From a virus (lineage: Duplodnaviria; Caudoviricetes), in IMG/VR virus record IMGVR_UViG_3300031972_002039, positions 1 through 53,425 of that record: DNA of 53,425 bases. The stretch is one strand, 5' to 3'. The position numbers were made by a program, and so were the translations under genes. This document shows positions 26,029 to 36,465 of this stretch, one piece after another. The stretch's first letter is position 1, and each line of letters begins with the position of its first letter. A model generated the notes under the pieces. It ran no database searches and was not told the origin of the DNA. It saw only the letters and a list, made by a program, of their open reading frames with translations.

Positions 26029-26466
26029 CTACGTGTTTTTGCTATCAGAACTTCCATATCCACCCGTCCCTCGAGTTGTTTCCGATAAATCTTCAGATTC
26101 TACCCACACAATTTTGATAGTCTCCTCTAATCTGAACTGTCCGATCTTGTCCCCGACTTCATACTGTTTTGTCCCATGAACCCATTTATATCTAAATGTA
26201 ATTTCCCCCCGATAGTCTGGATCAATGATCCCAACGTGATTGGCTAGTATCATTCCAGTCTTAGATAAACTACTTCTAGGAAAGATTTTACCAACGTAAC
26301 CTGTGGGTATTTCCATAGCGAGACCAGTACCATATTCTATGTAACCGTAATCACCAGTATCAACTACTTTTTTGGAAGTAGCAAACATATCCCAAGCTGC
26401 AGCGTCATCATATGCCTGCTCTGGACATTTTGCTTCGCTGTTAAGTTTCTTAAATTTTAGTTCCAT
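26029..26466 (-). CDS. dut: dUTPase
   Basis: AAWD, PRSS, GIIDPDYRGE, KIGQ, RGTGGYGSS. Confidence 0.95.
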   Translation of the reverse strand: MELKFKKLNSEAKCPEQAYDDAAAWDMFATSKKVVDTGDYGYIEYGTGLAMEIPTGYVGKIFPRSSLSKTGMILANHVGIIDPDYRGEITFRYKWVHGTKQYEVGDKIGQFRLEETIKIVWVESEDLSETTRGTGGYGSSDSKNT

Positions 26467-26694
26467 TTATGTTTTTAAAAATTTCCGAATACTAGGAGCA
26501 CCTAGATAACGTTCAAATACTCCACCACCAGTAACTCCTATTATCATCGGTACTGAACTGATACCAAACTTATCCGCCAATACCTTATTAGTATCGACGT
26601 CGAGTATCTGAATATTCTTTGGTGAAGCTGAAACTTCTGGTGTTAACGTCTTACAGGGACTACACCACGATGCCCCAAAATAAATGTATTCCAT
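26467..26694 (-). CDS. thioredoxin
   Basis: F.ASWCSPCK, DVD, SVP. Confidence 0.9.
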   Translation of the reverse strand: MEYIYFGASWCSPCKTLTPEVSASPKNIQILDVDTNKVLADKFGISSVPMIIGVTGGGVFERYLGAPSIRKFLKT

Positions 26695-26718
26695 CTATAT
26701 GTAAATTTATGTTTAGAA

Positions 26719-26749
26719 CAAATATAATGTTTTTTATCTAATCGCCAAA
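26719..26749 (-). promoter_or_regulatory. Bacteroidota-type promoter
   Basis: TTTG-N19-TATATTTG. Confidence 0.65.
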
Positions 26750-26765
26750 TTTAATTTGGTTTTAT

Positions 26766-27302
26766 TTAATTTAGCCCTATCGATACCGTCCACTTTTTGA
26801 AGTGTGGAACAACCTCCTTATGAACGATCAGGTCTATCAGCATGTGAAGACCACCAACTTGGGTCATATTTATGTATATTGGGAATGGTGGTATTACTTC
26901 ACCACTGGTTAACTTTTTAATAAACGCTACCAACTTCGCAGTTGATGGATCGTTAAATTTAACCGAGGCATTTCGTAATAGTGCTACAAAATCTGGATGC
27001 GTAGTCATTTGCCAAGAATGATTCACCCACTCGTATCCAGCCACTGCTGGAATTTTAAAAAGACGTCTCTGGGAGTGTTTTTCTTGAAATCCGAATATAT
27101 CCGTCCATATAAACTCATTAACGCCATTAGGTGTGAATTCCTTGATTGTGATAGCAATATCCAGTGCTTGCTCCGTACATACCCGACATACTAACGTACC
27201 ACGTCGATCAGTTGTCAACTCGTCTGAGGGCATCATGCCATTACAGTGTGAACATTTATTCAAATTCTGGTTCATCTTTTCATCAATTAGTTCTCTTTCC
27301 AT
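26766..27302 (-). CDS. hypothetical protein with N-terminal CxxC-CxxC zinc ribbon
   Basis: CSHC...CRVC. Confidence 0.75.
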   Translation of the reverse strand: MERELIDEKMNQNLNKCSHCNGMMPSDELTTDRRGTLVCRVCTEQALDIAITIKEFTPNGVNEFIWTDIFGFQEKHSQRRLFKIPAVAGYEWVNHSWQMTTHPDFVALLRNASVKFNDPSTAKLVAFIKKLTSGEVIPPFPIYINMTQVGGLHMLIDLIVHKEVVPHFKKWTVSIGLN

Positions 27303-27325
27303 AACGATTTTATTTGTAAATATAT

Positions 27326-27355
27326 AAAAAAAAGGATAGCACTTGCGTACTATCC
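27326..27355 (-). terminator. intrinsic terminator
   Basis: GGATAGTAC-GCAA-GTGCTATCC plus T8. Confidence 0.85.
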
Positions 27356-27383
27356 CCCGATTATCATGAAATGTGAATGAAAA

Positions 27384-27845
27384 TTACTTGATAATATTCC
27401 ACTCCAAATATTCAGATCGCTTGACCACTGCACCAGAAATTTCTTTCTTCAATTTATTCTGGACAGCTTTAGTGACTTTACGTCCTTTAGAAATTGCAAG
27501 TTCCTTTTCAAGAATCTTCGCTTCCTCTTCTTTGATCTGACGTTTCAAATCTTCAATCTTATCCGAAGTTATTCGAAGTCGAGTCTTCTCGTTGTACAAC
27601 ACACCTAGTCCAGTATCGCTGTCGATGTATGAGCTAGATTTAGCACACCGTTCCAAAAGATAAGTCTTAGCACTATTAGTCACATTCAATTTTCCACGAC
27701 CGAATGATAGTGCATGTTTAATAGCTATCAGTTGGATAGCAATACTTTTCGTGATAGTTATCTCATTCAAAGATTGAATGAAATCTTTCCCAGTCAGTTT
27801 TCCTGCGGCGTCTCCTATAAGACCTTTAACTAGTGATTTTGACAT
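27384..27845 (-). CDS. hypothetical basic coiled-coil protein
   Basis: 153-aa ORF. Confidence 0.75.
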   Translation of the reverse strand: MSKSLVKGLIGDAAGKLTGKDFIQSLNEITITKSIAIQLIAIKHALSFGRGKLNVTNSAKTYLLERCAKSSSYIDSDTGLGVLYNEKTRLRITSDKIEDLKRQIKEEEAKILEKELAISKGRKVTKAVQNKLKKEISGAVVKRSEYLEWNIIK

Positions 27846-27973
27846 AAATTAAAAATTTTAATGATTAAATAAAGTAACTTAAGTAATTAACCACAAGATA
27901 CAAAAAAATAAATTGGTAAACAAATAAAACTTATTTTTTTTGAGATATCCACCACTATTTATAATAAAATCGT

Positions 27974-28852
27974 ATGAGAGCTAGTGGATCGGATATAATA
28001 TTTGCGCAGAGGTTGTTACATCTTCAACCGACTGGCGTATTTGATGAGCTTACACAGGCGGCTATTAGAAATTTTCAATTAAAGAATAATATACCAGCGT
28101 CAGGCAATTTAGATACGACGACTAAAGAATCCATGTTTGAAGATGAGGTCGATCTATCTACCGATTTAACGGATCGGTATTCTAGCTTTATTCAGGACTA
28201 TTATTTACCGAAGGGTGAATACGTGGAACATTCGACTAAGAAAGAATATCTGTTCTTACATCACACCGCTGGGTGGAATAATCCATACAACGTAGTTGAC
28301 ATGTGGGGTAGTGATACTCGTGGACGTATTGGTACTCAATTCGTCATAGGTGGCATTAACCCTAGAACTGGTGATGATTCGTACGATGGTATAGTACTTA
28401 AATGTTTTGATGACGAGTTCTATGCTTGGCATTTAGGGAAGGTTGATCGTTATATGCATAAACACTCAATTGGAATCGAGATATGCAATTTCGGTTGGCT
28501 AGTCAAGCGTGGTAACAATTTTTACACATACGCAAATACTAAGGTTGATCAATCTCAAGTAGTTGATCTAGGTTATACATTTAGGGGGTATAGATATTGG
28601 CATCGATATTCAGATTCACAAATTCAATCACTTAGGGACTTGATTGTGTATGTGACTGAAACTCATGGTATATCAACATACCTTGGACTACAAGAAAGGT
28701 TGGGACATATGTCTCCGAGGGAAGCGTTCGATTATTATGATGAAGCACGACACGGTGAAGTTAAGGGTATTCTTAGTCACACGTCGGTACGGTCTGATAA
28801 GTTCGATATATTCCCTCAAGAAAATTTAGTTGACATGATTTTGAGTCTTTAA
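27974..28852 (+). CDS. N-acetylmuramoyl-L-alanine amidase (Amidase_2) with PG-binding domain; probable endolysin
   Basis: TQAAIRNFQ..N.I..SG, LHHTAG, AWHLG, SIGIEI, SH..VR.DK.D. Confidence 0.9.
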   Translation: MRASGSDIIFAQRLLHLQPTGVFDELTQAAIRNFQLKNNIPASGNLDTTTKESMFEDEVDLSTDLTDRYSSFIQDYYLPKGEYVEHSTKKEYLFLHHTAGWNNPYNVVDMWGSDTRGRIGTQFVIGGINPRTGDDSYDGIVLKCFDDEFYAWHLGKVDRYMHKHSIGIEICNFGWLVKRGNNFYTYANTKVDQSQVVDLGYTFRGYRYWHRYSDSQIQSLRDLIVYVTETHGISTYLGLQERLGHMSPREAFDYYDEARHGEVKGILSHTSVRSDKFDIFPQENLVDMILSL

Positions 28853-28866
28853 ATAAGGGGAAACAT

Positions 28867-29589
28867 ATGGAATTCAATTGGATGTCGTTGCTATTCGGCG
28901 CATTCGGTCTAGGTGTATTACAAATACTGTGGGAAGGTATTAAATTTTACATAAATCGCCGAGACAAGCAAAAATCAGTAGAACAAATATTTACAGAAAA
29001 GCAAGAAGTCATTGAAAATCTATTCAATGACTTAATAAGTAGTGCCGTTAGGATACAAGAACTAGGTGAAGAGTTCGTAGAGGATAATGATGTCGGAAGG
29101 TTAACAATACTGAAGATGGAAAATGGTGGTGGTATACCACAACTTGGAACAGTTCAGCATATATCAATTTTAAGTGAAGCTATACATCCAAATCATAAAT
29201 ATCCAGACGGTAGTGTAATTCCGTCAAAGCAAGATATACAAGACCATACGGTTGGTCAAACCTACCAACGGTTAATGACTGATATGATATCTGACAAGAT
29301 TCTGATCAAGGATACAATCGATCTAGACGATGGGCTACTAAAAAGACTATTCGAGAGTAGTAAAATACATAAATTTATTTTACTCCCGATCATACATATA
29401 CCAGCATTGGGACATGAAGTGTCTAAAGGATTTTTAATCTACATGTCTATACAATTTATGAACGATCGGGTAATCGATCCAAAGCTAGAATCAGAGTATA
29501 TCATATTACGTGAAAAGATCAGTCAAATATTTAAGGAATTTTATATAAAACGTATTGGAATGATTGGTGATGGTGCACAAAATCATTGA
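28867..29589 (+). CDS. single-TM protein beside the endolysin (holin candidate)
   Basis: N-terminal TM helix plus a large soluble domain. Confidence 0.55.
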   Translation: MEFNWMSLLFGAFGLGVLQILWEGIKFYINRRDKQKSVEQIFTEKQEVIENLFNDLISSAVRIQELGEEFVEDNDVGRLTILKMENGGGIPQLGTVQHISILSEAIHPNHKYPDGSVIPSKQDIQDHTVGQTYQRLMTDMISDKILIKDTIDLDDGLLKRLFESSKIHKFILLPIIHIPALGHEVSKGFLIYMSIQFMNDRVIDPKLESEYIILREKISQIFKEFYIKRIGMIGDGAQNH

Positions 29590-29715
29590 TTAGGGGGGTG
29601 ATATATCACCTATAACAGTGAATAGTAGAAAAAAATCAATATGTATTAATAACAAGTAGATAAATAAAATTATTGACAAGACTGGTGGTATCCATCGGTC
29701 TAAAAATTAAAAGTT

Positions 29716-30471
29716 ATGACAAAGACGCTAGAAGAAATGCTTCAAGCCACAGTGCCAGAGTCGGAGCCATTACCAAACGCTGGAGTGATTAACCAACCAG
29801 AAGAATCCCCAGAAATGGTGGACTCTACGGTACCAGAAGAGGCGGACTCCACTATACCAGAACATATGTATACCGATTCGGGTATGGTTGGGTATGGAGA
29901 CACACAAATACAATCAGATATTTACAATTTATCAACTAGGGGGAATATCCCACTGTATGGTGACACGTCGATATTAGACATTGGGGCAGGTCGTGGTGAT
30001 CTACTTCATCACATAAAATCACAACTACCAAGTCTGAATGTTGACTATGTTGGGTACGAAACTAGTAAATTGTTACATGAGATAGGTGAAGATAAAATTG
30101 ATAAGGCTACATTTGAAAACTTCTCAGCAAAAATTATTCAAGAAGATTTCTTAAAAGCACAGATTGATAGAAAATTCGATCTAGTTTATGTAATTGGAAC
30201 ATTAAACATAAATTATGGGACTGATGTACAACCATGGGATTATCTGGAAATGATGATGCGTAAAGCATTAGACGTTACAGAACTTGGTGGTGTTGCTACA
30301 TTTGTTTTATTACACGATACAGGGGGAGTAGATCAATATATCTCTTACCCAATACCAAACGTTTCCGAACTGATTATGAAGTTTAATATGCCATTCTCAA
30401 TTGATTTTGGACAAATACCATCGGTATATAAACTTTCGATCAGGAAGGAACCTATTTTTATCACACAATAA
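29716..30471 (+). CDS. class I SAM-dependent methyltransferase
   Basis: ILDIGAGRGD, YVGYE, FDLV. Confidence 0.85.
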   Translation: MTKTLEEMLQATVPESEPLPNAGVINQPEESPEMVDSTVPEEADSTIPEHMYTDSGMVGYGDTQIQSDIYNLSTRGNIPLYGDTSILDIGAGRGDLLHHIKSQLPSLNVDYVGYETSKLLHEIGEDKIDKATFENFSAKIIQEDFLKAQIDRKFDLVYVIGTLNINYGTDVQPWDYLEMMMRKALDVTELGGVATFVLLHDTGGVDQYISYPIPNVSELIMKFNMPFSIDFGQIPSVYKLSIRKEPIFITQ

Positions 30472-30481
30472 ATTTTCAGTT

Positions 30482-30748
30482 ATGAGTTTAAACATGACCA
30501 ATGCCATGGACAAAAAGAAAGTCCGTCGGTTCGGAAAATTATTTGGAACTATTGATTTTCAAATGAATGAGAAATTGTCATCTGAAGCTGTGAAGCAGAG
30601 AACTGCAGAAACTACAGTTGGTGAATTTCAAATTGATGGGAAATCTTACCCAGTTACACTGGCTGAGATTGATCGGATTATTGAAACTGCACAGATGGCA
30701 AAATCAGTATTTTTCAAATCTTATTCTATGGGGAGGTACGGTTACTGA
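30482..30748 (+). CDS. hypothetical phage protein
   Basis: Restarted at ATG 30482. Confidence 0.7.
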   Translation: MSLNMTNAMDKKKVRRFGKLFGTIDFQMNEKLSSEAVKQRTAETTVGEFQIDGKSYPVTLAEIDRIIETAQMAKSVFFKSYSMGRYGY

Positions 30749-30772
30749 CGAGTAAATCATATTTATTAATAG

Positions 30773-31204
30773 ATGGGACTGCTAAATTTCAATAATAACA
30801 GCTATGTACTTTACCAGATTTTGCCTGATCATAAAAAGATCGCATTTCTGAATGATTCGTTTGATACTGATGTGATGAAGTTATCACAGAAATATTATGA
30901 ACAACATTTTGCTGAAATTATACATCAACAAGGTGATACTGAAATTGGTATACTATCTTACTTAGACCCTGATGGGTTTAAGATTAATATTTTTTTCCAC
31001 GATGATTATATCCATGTAAATAGTGAACGATTGAAACCAATTCGTGATCTGGTGAGTGTGATATTTCAAGATGGAAATATACTGGTTAGAGACAAATCTA
31101 AGAAGAAGACTAAGCATAATAAAGATAGATTTCATATGCGTTTTTATAGAGCATATAAAAAACTGAATGATATCGATGGTTTTCTACCGATTGTAATGTC
31201 CTGA
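30773..31204 (+). CDS. hypothetical protein
   Basis: 143-aa ORF after TATTTAT. Confidence 0.7.
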   Translation: MGLLNFNNNSYVLYQILPDHKKIAFLNDSFDTDVMKLSQKYYEQHFAEIIHQQGDTEIGILSYLDPDGFKINIFFHDDYIHVNSERLKPIRDLVSVIFQDGNILVRDKSKKKTKHNKDRFHMRFYRAYKKLNDIDGFLPIVMS

Positions 31205-31219
31205 AGAATGAAAAATTAG

Positions 31220-31247
31220 AAAGCTCACAATCTTGTGGGCTTTTTTT
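31220..31247 (+). terminator. intrinsic terminator
   Basis: AAAGCTCACAA-TC-TTGTGGGCTTTTTTT. Confidence 0.8.
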
Positions 31248-31298
31248 ATACCTTAAACAGAATAATATTTGGTTTTTTTAAAAAAACATTACTGAAAA

Positions 31299-31331
31299 TT
31301 TGGTAATTGTCAGAAAAAAAGTGTAACTTTG
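31299..31331 (+). promoter_or_regulatory. Bacteroidota-type promoter
   Basis: TTTG-N21-TAACTTTG. Confidence 0.65.
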
Positions 31332-31433
31332 TCCAAGTTCTTACTTAACATTCTGATAACCAATTAATTATAAACAATACAATATTTTTTAATTATAATT
31401 AGGACGATGAGATTGCAGCGAATCAATAGAGTC

Positions 31434-31494
31434 CGTTTATAAATAAAATAGTCTCCTCCCCGCAAGAAATCGTTTATAAATAGGTTAGTCTCCT
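31434..31494. repeat. 24-bp direct repeat pair
   Basis: CGTTTATAAATA(AAA/GGT)TAGTCTCCT at 31434 and 31471. Confidence 0.85.
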
Positions 31495-31586
31495 TCTTAC
31501 TAAAATATTTTTAACAATAATTATATTAGTAGTAAATATACCGTGGTAGCTAGAACATGGTCAAAGTTACAATAATAGGGAATTAT

Positions 31587-32726
31587 ATGAAGAAATTTTT
31601 ACCAATATTAATATTGATAGCAGCACTAGCTGTTTCTGGTAGTGCCGCATTTTATTCAGTATACGGTTTGGGTAAATTGTTCGCTGGCGCATCGCTACAA
31701 GTCATGATCATGGCAGCATCTCTAGAATTCGCAAAATTAGTAATAGCTACAGCATTGCATAGATATTGGGTCAGTATGAATAAGCTCATGCGTGCGTATC
31801 TAGTTGTAGCAATCGTCGCGCTAATTGGAATCACAAGTGCGGGTATATATGGATTCTTATCTAGTGCTTATCAAGTCACAGCCGCCAGAGACTCCATAAC
31901 TACTAAAGAGATTGGTATATTAGAACTTAAGAAGGAAAGATTCGATGAACAGCGTCTAGAATCCCGTCAGGAGAAACAACAAATAGTTAACAATATAACA
32001 AATCTTAGAGAATCGCTATCCAATCCAAATCAGGTACAGTACGTTGATTCGAAGACTGGGCAGCTTATAACTACTACATCGTCGTCTGCTAGAAAATCGT
32101 TAGAGGTTCAATTGAATAAAGCAGTTGATCGTCGGGATAAGTTGTCACAGAAGATTGAGGCAGTAACTGACAGCTTAGCTACGATGGATATTAAAATTGT
32201 TGAAGCTGAGGCTAGTTCGGAGGCAACTTCAGAACTCGGGCCACTGAAGTATGTGGCTGGGTTGACTGGAAAGTCTATGGACGTTGTGGTTAATTGGTTT
32301 TTATTCTTACTCATATTCGTATTCGATCCCTTAGCAGTAACACTCATCGTATTGGCTAATTTTGCATTTGAGAAAGTTTTCGGTGCGCATGCGTGGGATG
32401 TTGTGAGCTCAGGTGGTGATGAAAAGAAATACGTTAACGTTACTGTAATTGATTCTGAGGATTCTAATAAGCAAGAGGTGGGTGATGACGTGGTGGTTGT
32501 AGATCAGGAAGAAGAGCCACCAATTATAGTTCGTGATGATAAAAAACCAGTTAGAACTATCCTAGACTCTAATCTAGGTGGCGATGTTAAAAAACATATT
32601 AAAGAAGCTATGCCGTGGATTAATTATGATAGTGGTAGCGAGCAAGTTCCACATCTATCAGATGCTGCGAAAAAGAATATGTCATGGCAGGAGATTGAGA
32701 AGTGGTACAAAAATAATTCTGTGTAA
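31587..32726 (+). CDS. membrane protein with coiled coil
   Basis: 3 N-terminal TM helices, coiled coil, ELGPLKY...IFVFDPLAV TM; ATG at 31587. Confidence 0.8.
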   Translation: MKKFLPILILIAALAVSGSAAFYSVYGLGKLFAGASLQVMIMAASLEFAKLVIATALHRYWVSMNKLMRAYLVVAIVALIGITSAGIYGFLSSAYQVTAARDSITTKEIGILELKKERFDEQRLESRQEKQQIVNNITNLRESLSNPNQVQYVDSKTGQLITTTSSSARKSLEVQLNKAVDRRDKLSQKIEAVTDSLATMDIKIVEAEASSEATSELGPLKYVAGLTGKSMDVVVNWFLFLLIFVFDPLAVTLIVLANFAFEKVFGAHAWDVVSSGGDEKKYVNVTVIDSEDSNKQEVGDDVVVVDQEEEPPIIVRDDKKPVRTILDSNLGGDVKKHIKEAMPWINYDSGSEQVPHLSDAAKKNMSWQEIEKWYKNNSV

Positions 32727-32765
32727 TTTGTTTATAACAAAATAATATTCTATCTTTACGTCAGT

Positions 32766-33176
32766 ATGGAGAATATTTATGGTAATAATGATGCGTATGC
32801 AAAACAACCTACTGAAATTGTAGTTAATGAGCAACCTGAAAGCGTTGTGTATTTGGATTGTGATCGTGAGCTAACATTGATGGATATTATCAGACAGGTT
32901 AGAAAACTAATTAACATAATTCCACACGATCAGATAATCACCATATACATCGTACGTGCTAGTACGGTTCGAATGACTATGGAATGGAAATTCGTGTGGG
33001 AATATCTTTATAGTACAGGTAGAAAGTATAATGTTCTTTTTCGTGGATACTTTATGTTCGAAACACGTGGGGCTTATTTTTCAGAGACTATCAACGTGTT
33101 TGTAACACCTGAAATTGACAGTGAAATCAAGAGGCGAGATTATAAGGACGCAAATATTAAATATACAGTTATATGA
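32766..33176 (+). CDS. hypothetical protein
   Basis: 136-aa ORF. Confidence 0.65.
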   Translation: MENIYGNNDAYAKQPTEIVVNEQPESVVYLDCDRELTLMDIIRQVRKLINIIPHDQIITIYIVRASTVRMTMEWKFVWEYLYSTGRKYNVLFRGYFMFETRGAYFSETINVFVTPEIDSEIKRRDYKDANIKYTVI

Positions 33177-33865
33177 GTTTAACTATGCCAATAACTTTAA
33201 CTGCAGATGAGATGCAGGAAAATTTCAGATCACTGATGGAGCGCATCGAGTTGATGTTTGATTCACGTGCTGATAAGTTACTACAAATGTATCAGGATAT
33301 GGAAGAGCAGGTGATACTAGCTCCAGCGAGTTCTAGGGAACATTTCCATAACGCATTCCCGGGCGGATACTTAGATCACATCCTACGAGTTCTGGAAAAT
33401 TCATTCAAAGTTTATGAACTATGGAAGGGCTGTGGTATGGAATTGGATTTCACACCAGAAGAATTAGCGTTTGTTGCTATTCATCATGATCTAGGTAAGA
33501 TAGGACTTCCAATTGAAAACGGTGGACGATATATCTGGAATAACTCGGAATGGCATCGTAAGAATCAGGGTAAGATTTATGATCCAAATCCTGAGATACC
33601 ATTCATGCCAGTGCAAGATATGTCGTTGTATTTATTACAAAAATACCAAATCCCCCTCACGATGAATGAGACGTTGGGGATAAAGTTGCACGATGGGTTG
33701 TATGAAGAAGCAAATAACGCGTATTACATAACTAGAAGTCAAGAGTCTGCACTACGAACATACCTACCGATGGTAGTACATCAGGCAGACCTTATAGCGT
33801 CTAAGTATGAATATGAGCGGTGGGCTAAGGCTTCTGGAAAGAGTATGAAAAAATATAAGGAATAA
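33173..33865 (+). CDS. HD-domain phosphohydrolase (YhaM-like)
   Basis: APAS...H.AFPGG..DH, HHDLGKIG, LHDG, HQAD. Confidence 0.88.
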   Translation: MSLTMPITLTADEMQENFRSLMERIELMFDSRADKLLQMYQDMEEQVILAPASSREHFHNAFPGGYLDHILRVLENSFKVYELWKGCGMELDFTPEELAFVAIHHDLGKIGLPIENGGRYIWNNSEWHRKNQGKIYDPNPEIPFMPVQDMSLYLLQKYQIPLTMNETLGIKLHDGLYEEANNAYYITRSQESALRTYLPMVVHQADLIASKYEYERWAKASGKSMKKYKE

Positions 33866-33867
33866 CT

Positions 33868-34188
33868 ATGTGGATATCGATAGTGTTGGGATTAATATTG
33901 GCTGTGGCTTTTTTCATTATATGGAATCTAGACAGGCAAGTTAGGGTATTAGAGGCTGAATTGTTGAAGAGTGCTGAGATGGAAGATTCCGTCGTCAGCG
34001 TGTATGAGTTTTTCCTAAAGGTTTTTACCGAGGCATTGAATCAAATGAATCGGGTGGATAAAAATGGTGCCTACTCATCGGATGATGAAGTGGGTTTTGC
34101 TTTTCGTGTTGTGATGGAATCGATCGAACAGGTTAAGCTACAAATAGAAAAGATGAAGGTAACTGATAGTGTGGATGATGAGGCATAA
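33868..34188 (+). CDS. membrane-anchored hypothetical protein
   Basis: N-terminal TM; D..G...SDDEVG.F. Confidence 0.75.
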   Translation: MWISIVLGLILAVAFFIIWNLDRQVRVLEAELLKSAEMEDSVVSVYEFFLKVFTEALNQMNRVDKNGAYSSDDEVGFAFRVVMESIEQVKLQIEKMKVTDSVDDEA

Positions 34189-34243
34189 TTACATTACCTA
34201 ACCCTTAACAGAAACGATGTAGTAAATATAAGGATAGATATAC

Positions 34244-34969
34244 ATGGCGAGAAGATCGAAAAGAACGTACTTCGGGAGGGACACCGAAGACGCAATCATT
34301 AAATATAATGAGTCAGACGATGAGCGAATGAAAAGTAGTCTCTACGAAGAGGAGATACACCCCGCTCTGAATAAGTTAGTTGAAAATGTAATTCATAAGT
34401 ACAAGTTTTATCATTACGATAGTACATATGAAGACCTTAAGCATGAAACTGTTGTATACATACACGAACGTCTAAATAAGTTTTCCCGAGGTAAGGGGAA
34501 GGCTTTTTCATATTTCACTATAGTTGCTAGGAATTTTTTAATAGTTAGGACAACCGAGAATTACGATTCCGTACGTCTTCGTGATCCATTATTAGTGTTG
34601 GATGATCGTAGAAACCTTACGAATGAGTTAATAGAGGATGAGCAACAATCACTATTAGCTGATTTCATGCGTGAGTGGGCTGATTGGGGAATTGAAAATG
34701 TTGAGCGGTTATTTGAAAATGAGAGGGAGCAGCGAATTAGTGAGGCTGTTTTTGTCATATTCAGGAATTGTGAGGATATCGATAACTACAATAAAAAAGC
34801 ACTTTATATATTGATCCGTGAACATGCAAAGGTAAAAACTCAGTATATTACTAAGGTTATAAACAAGCTCAAGGTTATATTTCGAAGTATGGTAGGTGAA
34901 TACCTTAAGAACGGCGTAATTGACTGGGAGCAATATTTATTAGAAAACGAGGCAAGTAAAAATGATTGA
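34244..34969 (+). CDS. phage late-transcription sigma factor (T4 gp55-like)
   Basis: YF...TE.AI..YN and L.KF...KGKAFSYFTIVARN, resembling the gp55 region-2 motif. Confidence 0.7.
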   Translation: MARRSKRTYFGRDTEDAIIKYNESDDERMKSSLYEEEIHPALNKLVENVIHKYKFYHYDSTYEDLKHETVVYIHERLNKFSRGKGKAFSYFTIVARNFLIVRTTENYDSVRLRDPLLVLDDRRNLTNELIEDEQQSLLADFMREWADWGIENVERLFENEREQRISEAVFVIFRNCEDIDNYNKKALYILIREHAKVKTQYITKVINKLKVIFRSMVGEYLKNGVIDWEQYLLENEASKND

Positions 34970-35357
34970 TTTTTCAGAATTTGGTTTATTCAAAACCTCA
35001 GATGGTCGTAAGATAACTTACGAAGACTTACTCAGTGATATATACGAGAATACTGAAGAGGATCGTCAATCCATTAAGATATTAGTAGACCAGATGACTA
35101 GTTTAATATCGTCACCATCGGACGCTGTAGCTTTGATGGAGCATATTACTAATTTACTAGATGCTAGGGTTAAGAATAGTGATATTTTAGTTAAAGTAGC
35201 AAGTATCGTATCTAGAATAATTCAGAGAGGTATGACATCGACTGACAGTACAGCCGACTGGGAAATTTCTGAGGAAGAGAAAAAGCAATTACTCAGCGAA
35301 GCTGAAAGTCTACTAGATAGAACTCAACCTAAACTAGATGAGGGGGTGAATTCGTAA
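34962..35357 (+). CDS. hypothetical helical protein
   Basis: 131-aa ORF. Confidence 0.75.
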   Translation: MIDFSEFGLFKTSDGRKITYEDLLSDIYENTEEDRQSIKILVDQMTSLISSPSDAVALMEHITNLLDARVKNSDILVKVASIVSRIIQRGMTSTDSTADWEISEEEKKQLLSEAESLLDRTQPKLDEGVNS

Positions 35358-36425
35358 ATGATCATCGGAGAAGTTGTAGAGATAAAAACAGCGTTTAAAC
35401 CAGACCAGCAGGATAAATCGGGTAACAATCTCCCACTTGGAGCAGTTGAGGTTCGAATCGGTGCTGGATCGGCTGCAGTTGGTCAGATAGTTAATGTATA
35501 TGCTCGACCCGCTTCGTTTAACAGGAGGATTCCACTGATTGGTGAGCAAGTTCTGTTAATGTTGGCACCCACAAATGACGAAACTAGTGATGGGGTCAAG
35601 GGTAAGGGCTTCATATATTTTATGCCCATCAATGCTACTGACGACTTAGTAATTCATAAATTCCCCCAATTAGCTACTAGAGATCAAGCCAAGCGTGCAC
35701 CCAAAGTTGGGAAACGAAAGCACGATCGTGGTGAGTTAGGGTACACTTTTCCAAAAAAGCCTAAACGTACCGATAATGTTCAACCATTTGAGGGTGATGA
35801 TATTTGGGAGGGTCGATTTGGACAATCTATTAGATTAGGATCGACAGTCGTTGGTGATATGTCTAACTATGCCGAGAAGCCAACTTGGAAGGGTGCGTCT
35901 AATACAGACCCGATTATGATCATGCGTGTCGCTAAACCTTCAGGAGTTAATCGGGAAAATGTTGGTGAGATTGGTAAGTTCAAGTCCAACGCCAAATACA
36001 CGATAGAAGACATTAAAAAAGACGATGCTAGTATTTACATGGCAACAACCCAGATGATAAAAAGCTTTAAGGCTGGATTCAATAAAAATTTAGACGTGAA
36101 GCTAGCTGCAAACTGGAAGGGTAAATCACAACTCATTTTGAATGCGGAGCGTATAATAATGAATGCTACTGACGATTCAGCATTCTTGATTGGTGCTAAG
36201 GAAGCGGTTGTAACTGGGAAGCGTGTATTGTTTCAGGATGATAAGTATAAGGTATATCTAGACGAATTGATGGACTTCCTGAAGGCATGGCTGAAGCAGG
36301 ATAGAGATTTAGCATCTGGTACTAAAATGTACTCCACGGCATGTGGCCCGACCGCCACATCTACTAATGTAGCCGACTATATAAAGCTGTCAACTGCCGA
36401 GTGGTTAAAGTTCAAAAAGCCTTAA
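35358..36425 (+). CDS. baseplate hub/spike (gp5/VgrG-like) protein
   Basis: IPLIGEQV, FEGD...EGRFGQSIRLGST; located among baseplate genes. Confidence 0.6.
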   Translation: MIIGEVVEIKTAFKPDQQDKSGNNLPLGAVEVRIGAGSAAVGQIVNVYARPASFNRRIPLIGEQVLLMLAPTNDETSDGVKGKGFIYFMPINATDDLVIHKFPQLATRDQAKRAPKVGKRKHDRGELGYTFPKKPKRTDNVQPFEGDDIWEGRFGQSIRLGSTVVGDMSNYAEKPTWKGASNTDPIMIMRVAKPSGVNRENVGEIGKFKSNAKYTIEDIKKDDASIYMATTQMIKSFKAGFNKNLDVKLAANWKGKSQLILNAERIIMNATDDSAFLIGAKEAVVTGKRVLFQDDKYKVYLDELMDFLKAWLKQDRDLASGTKMYSTACGPTATSTNVADYIKLSTAEWLKFKKP

Positions 36426-36465
36426 TTCTTTTATTCATGATATTTATTATAAAAAGTATCATGTT

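Noticed and set aside
31402-31434. Hammerhead ribozyme (GATGA...GAA)
   Set aside because: It lacks the CUGAUGA and GAAA core and a third stem.
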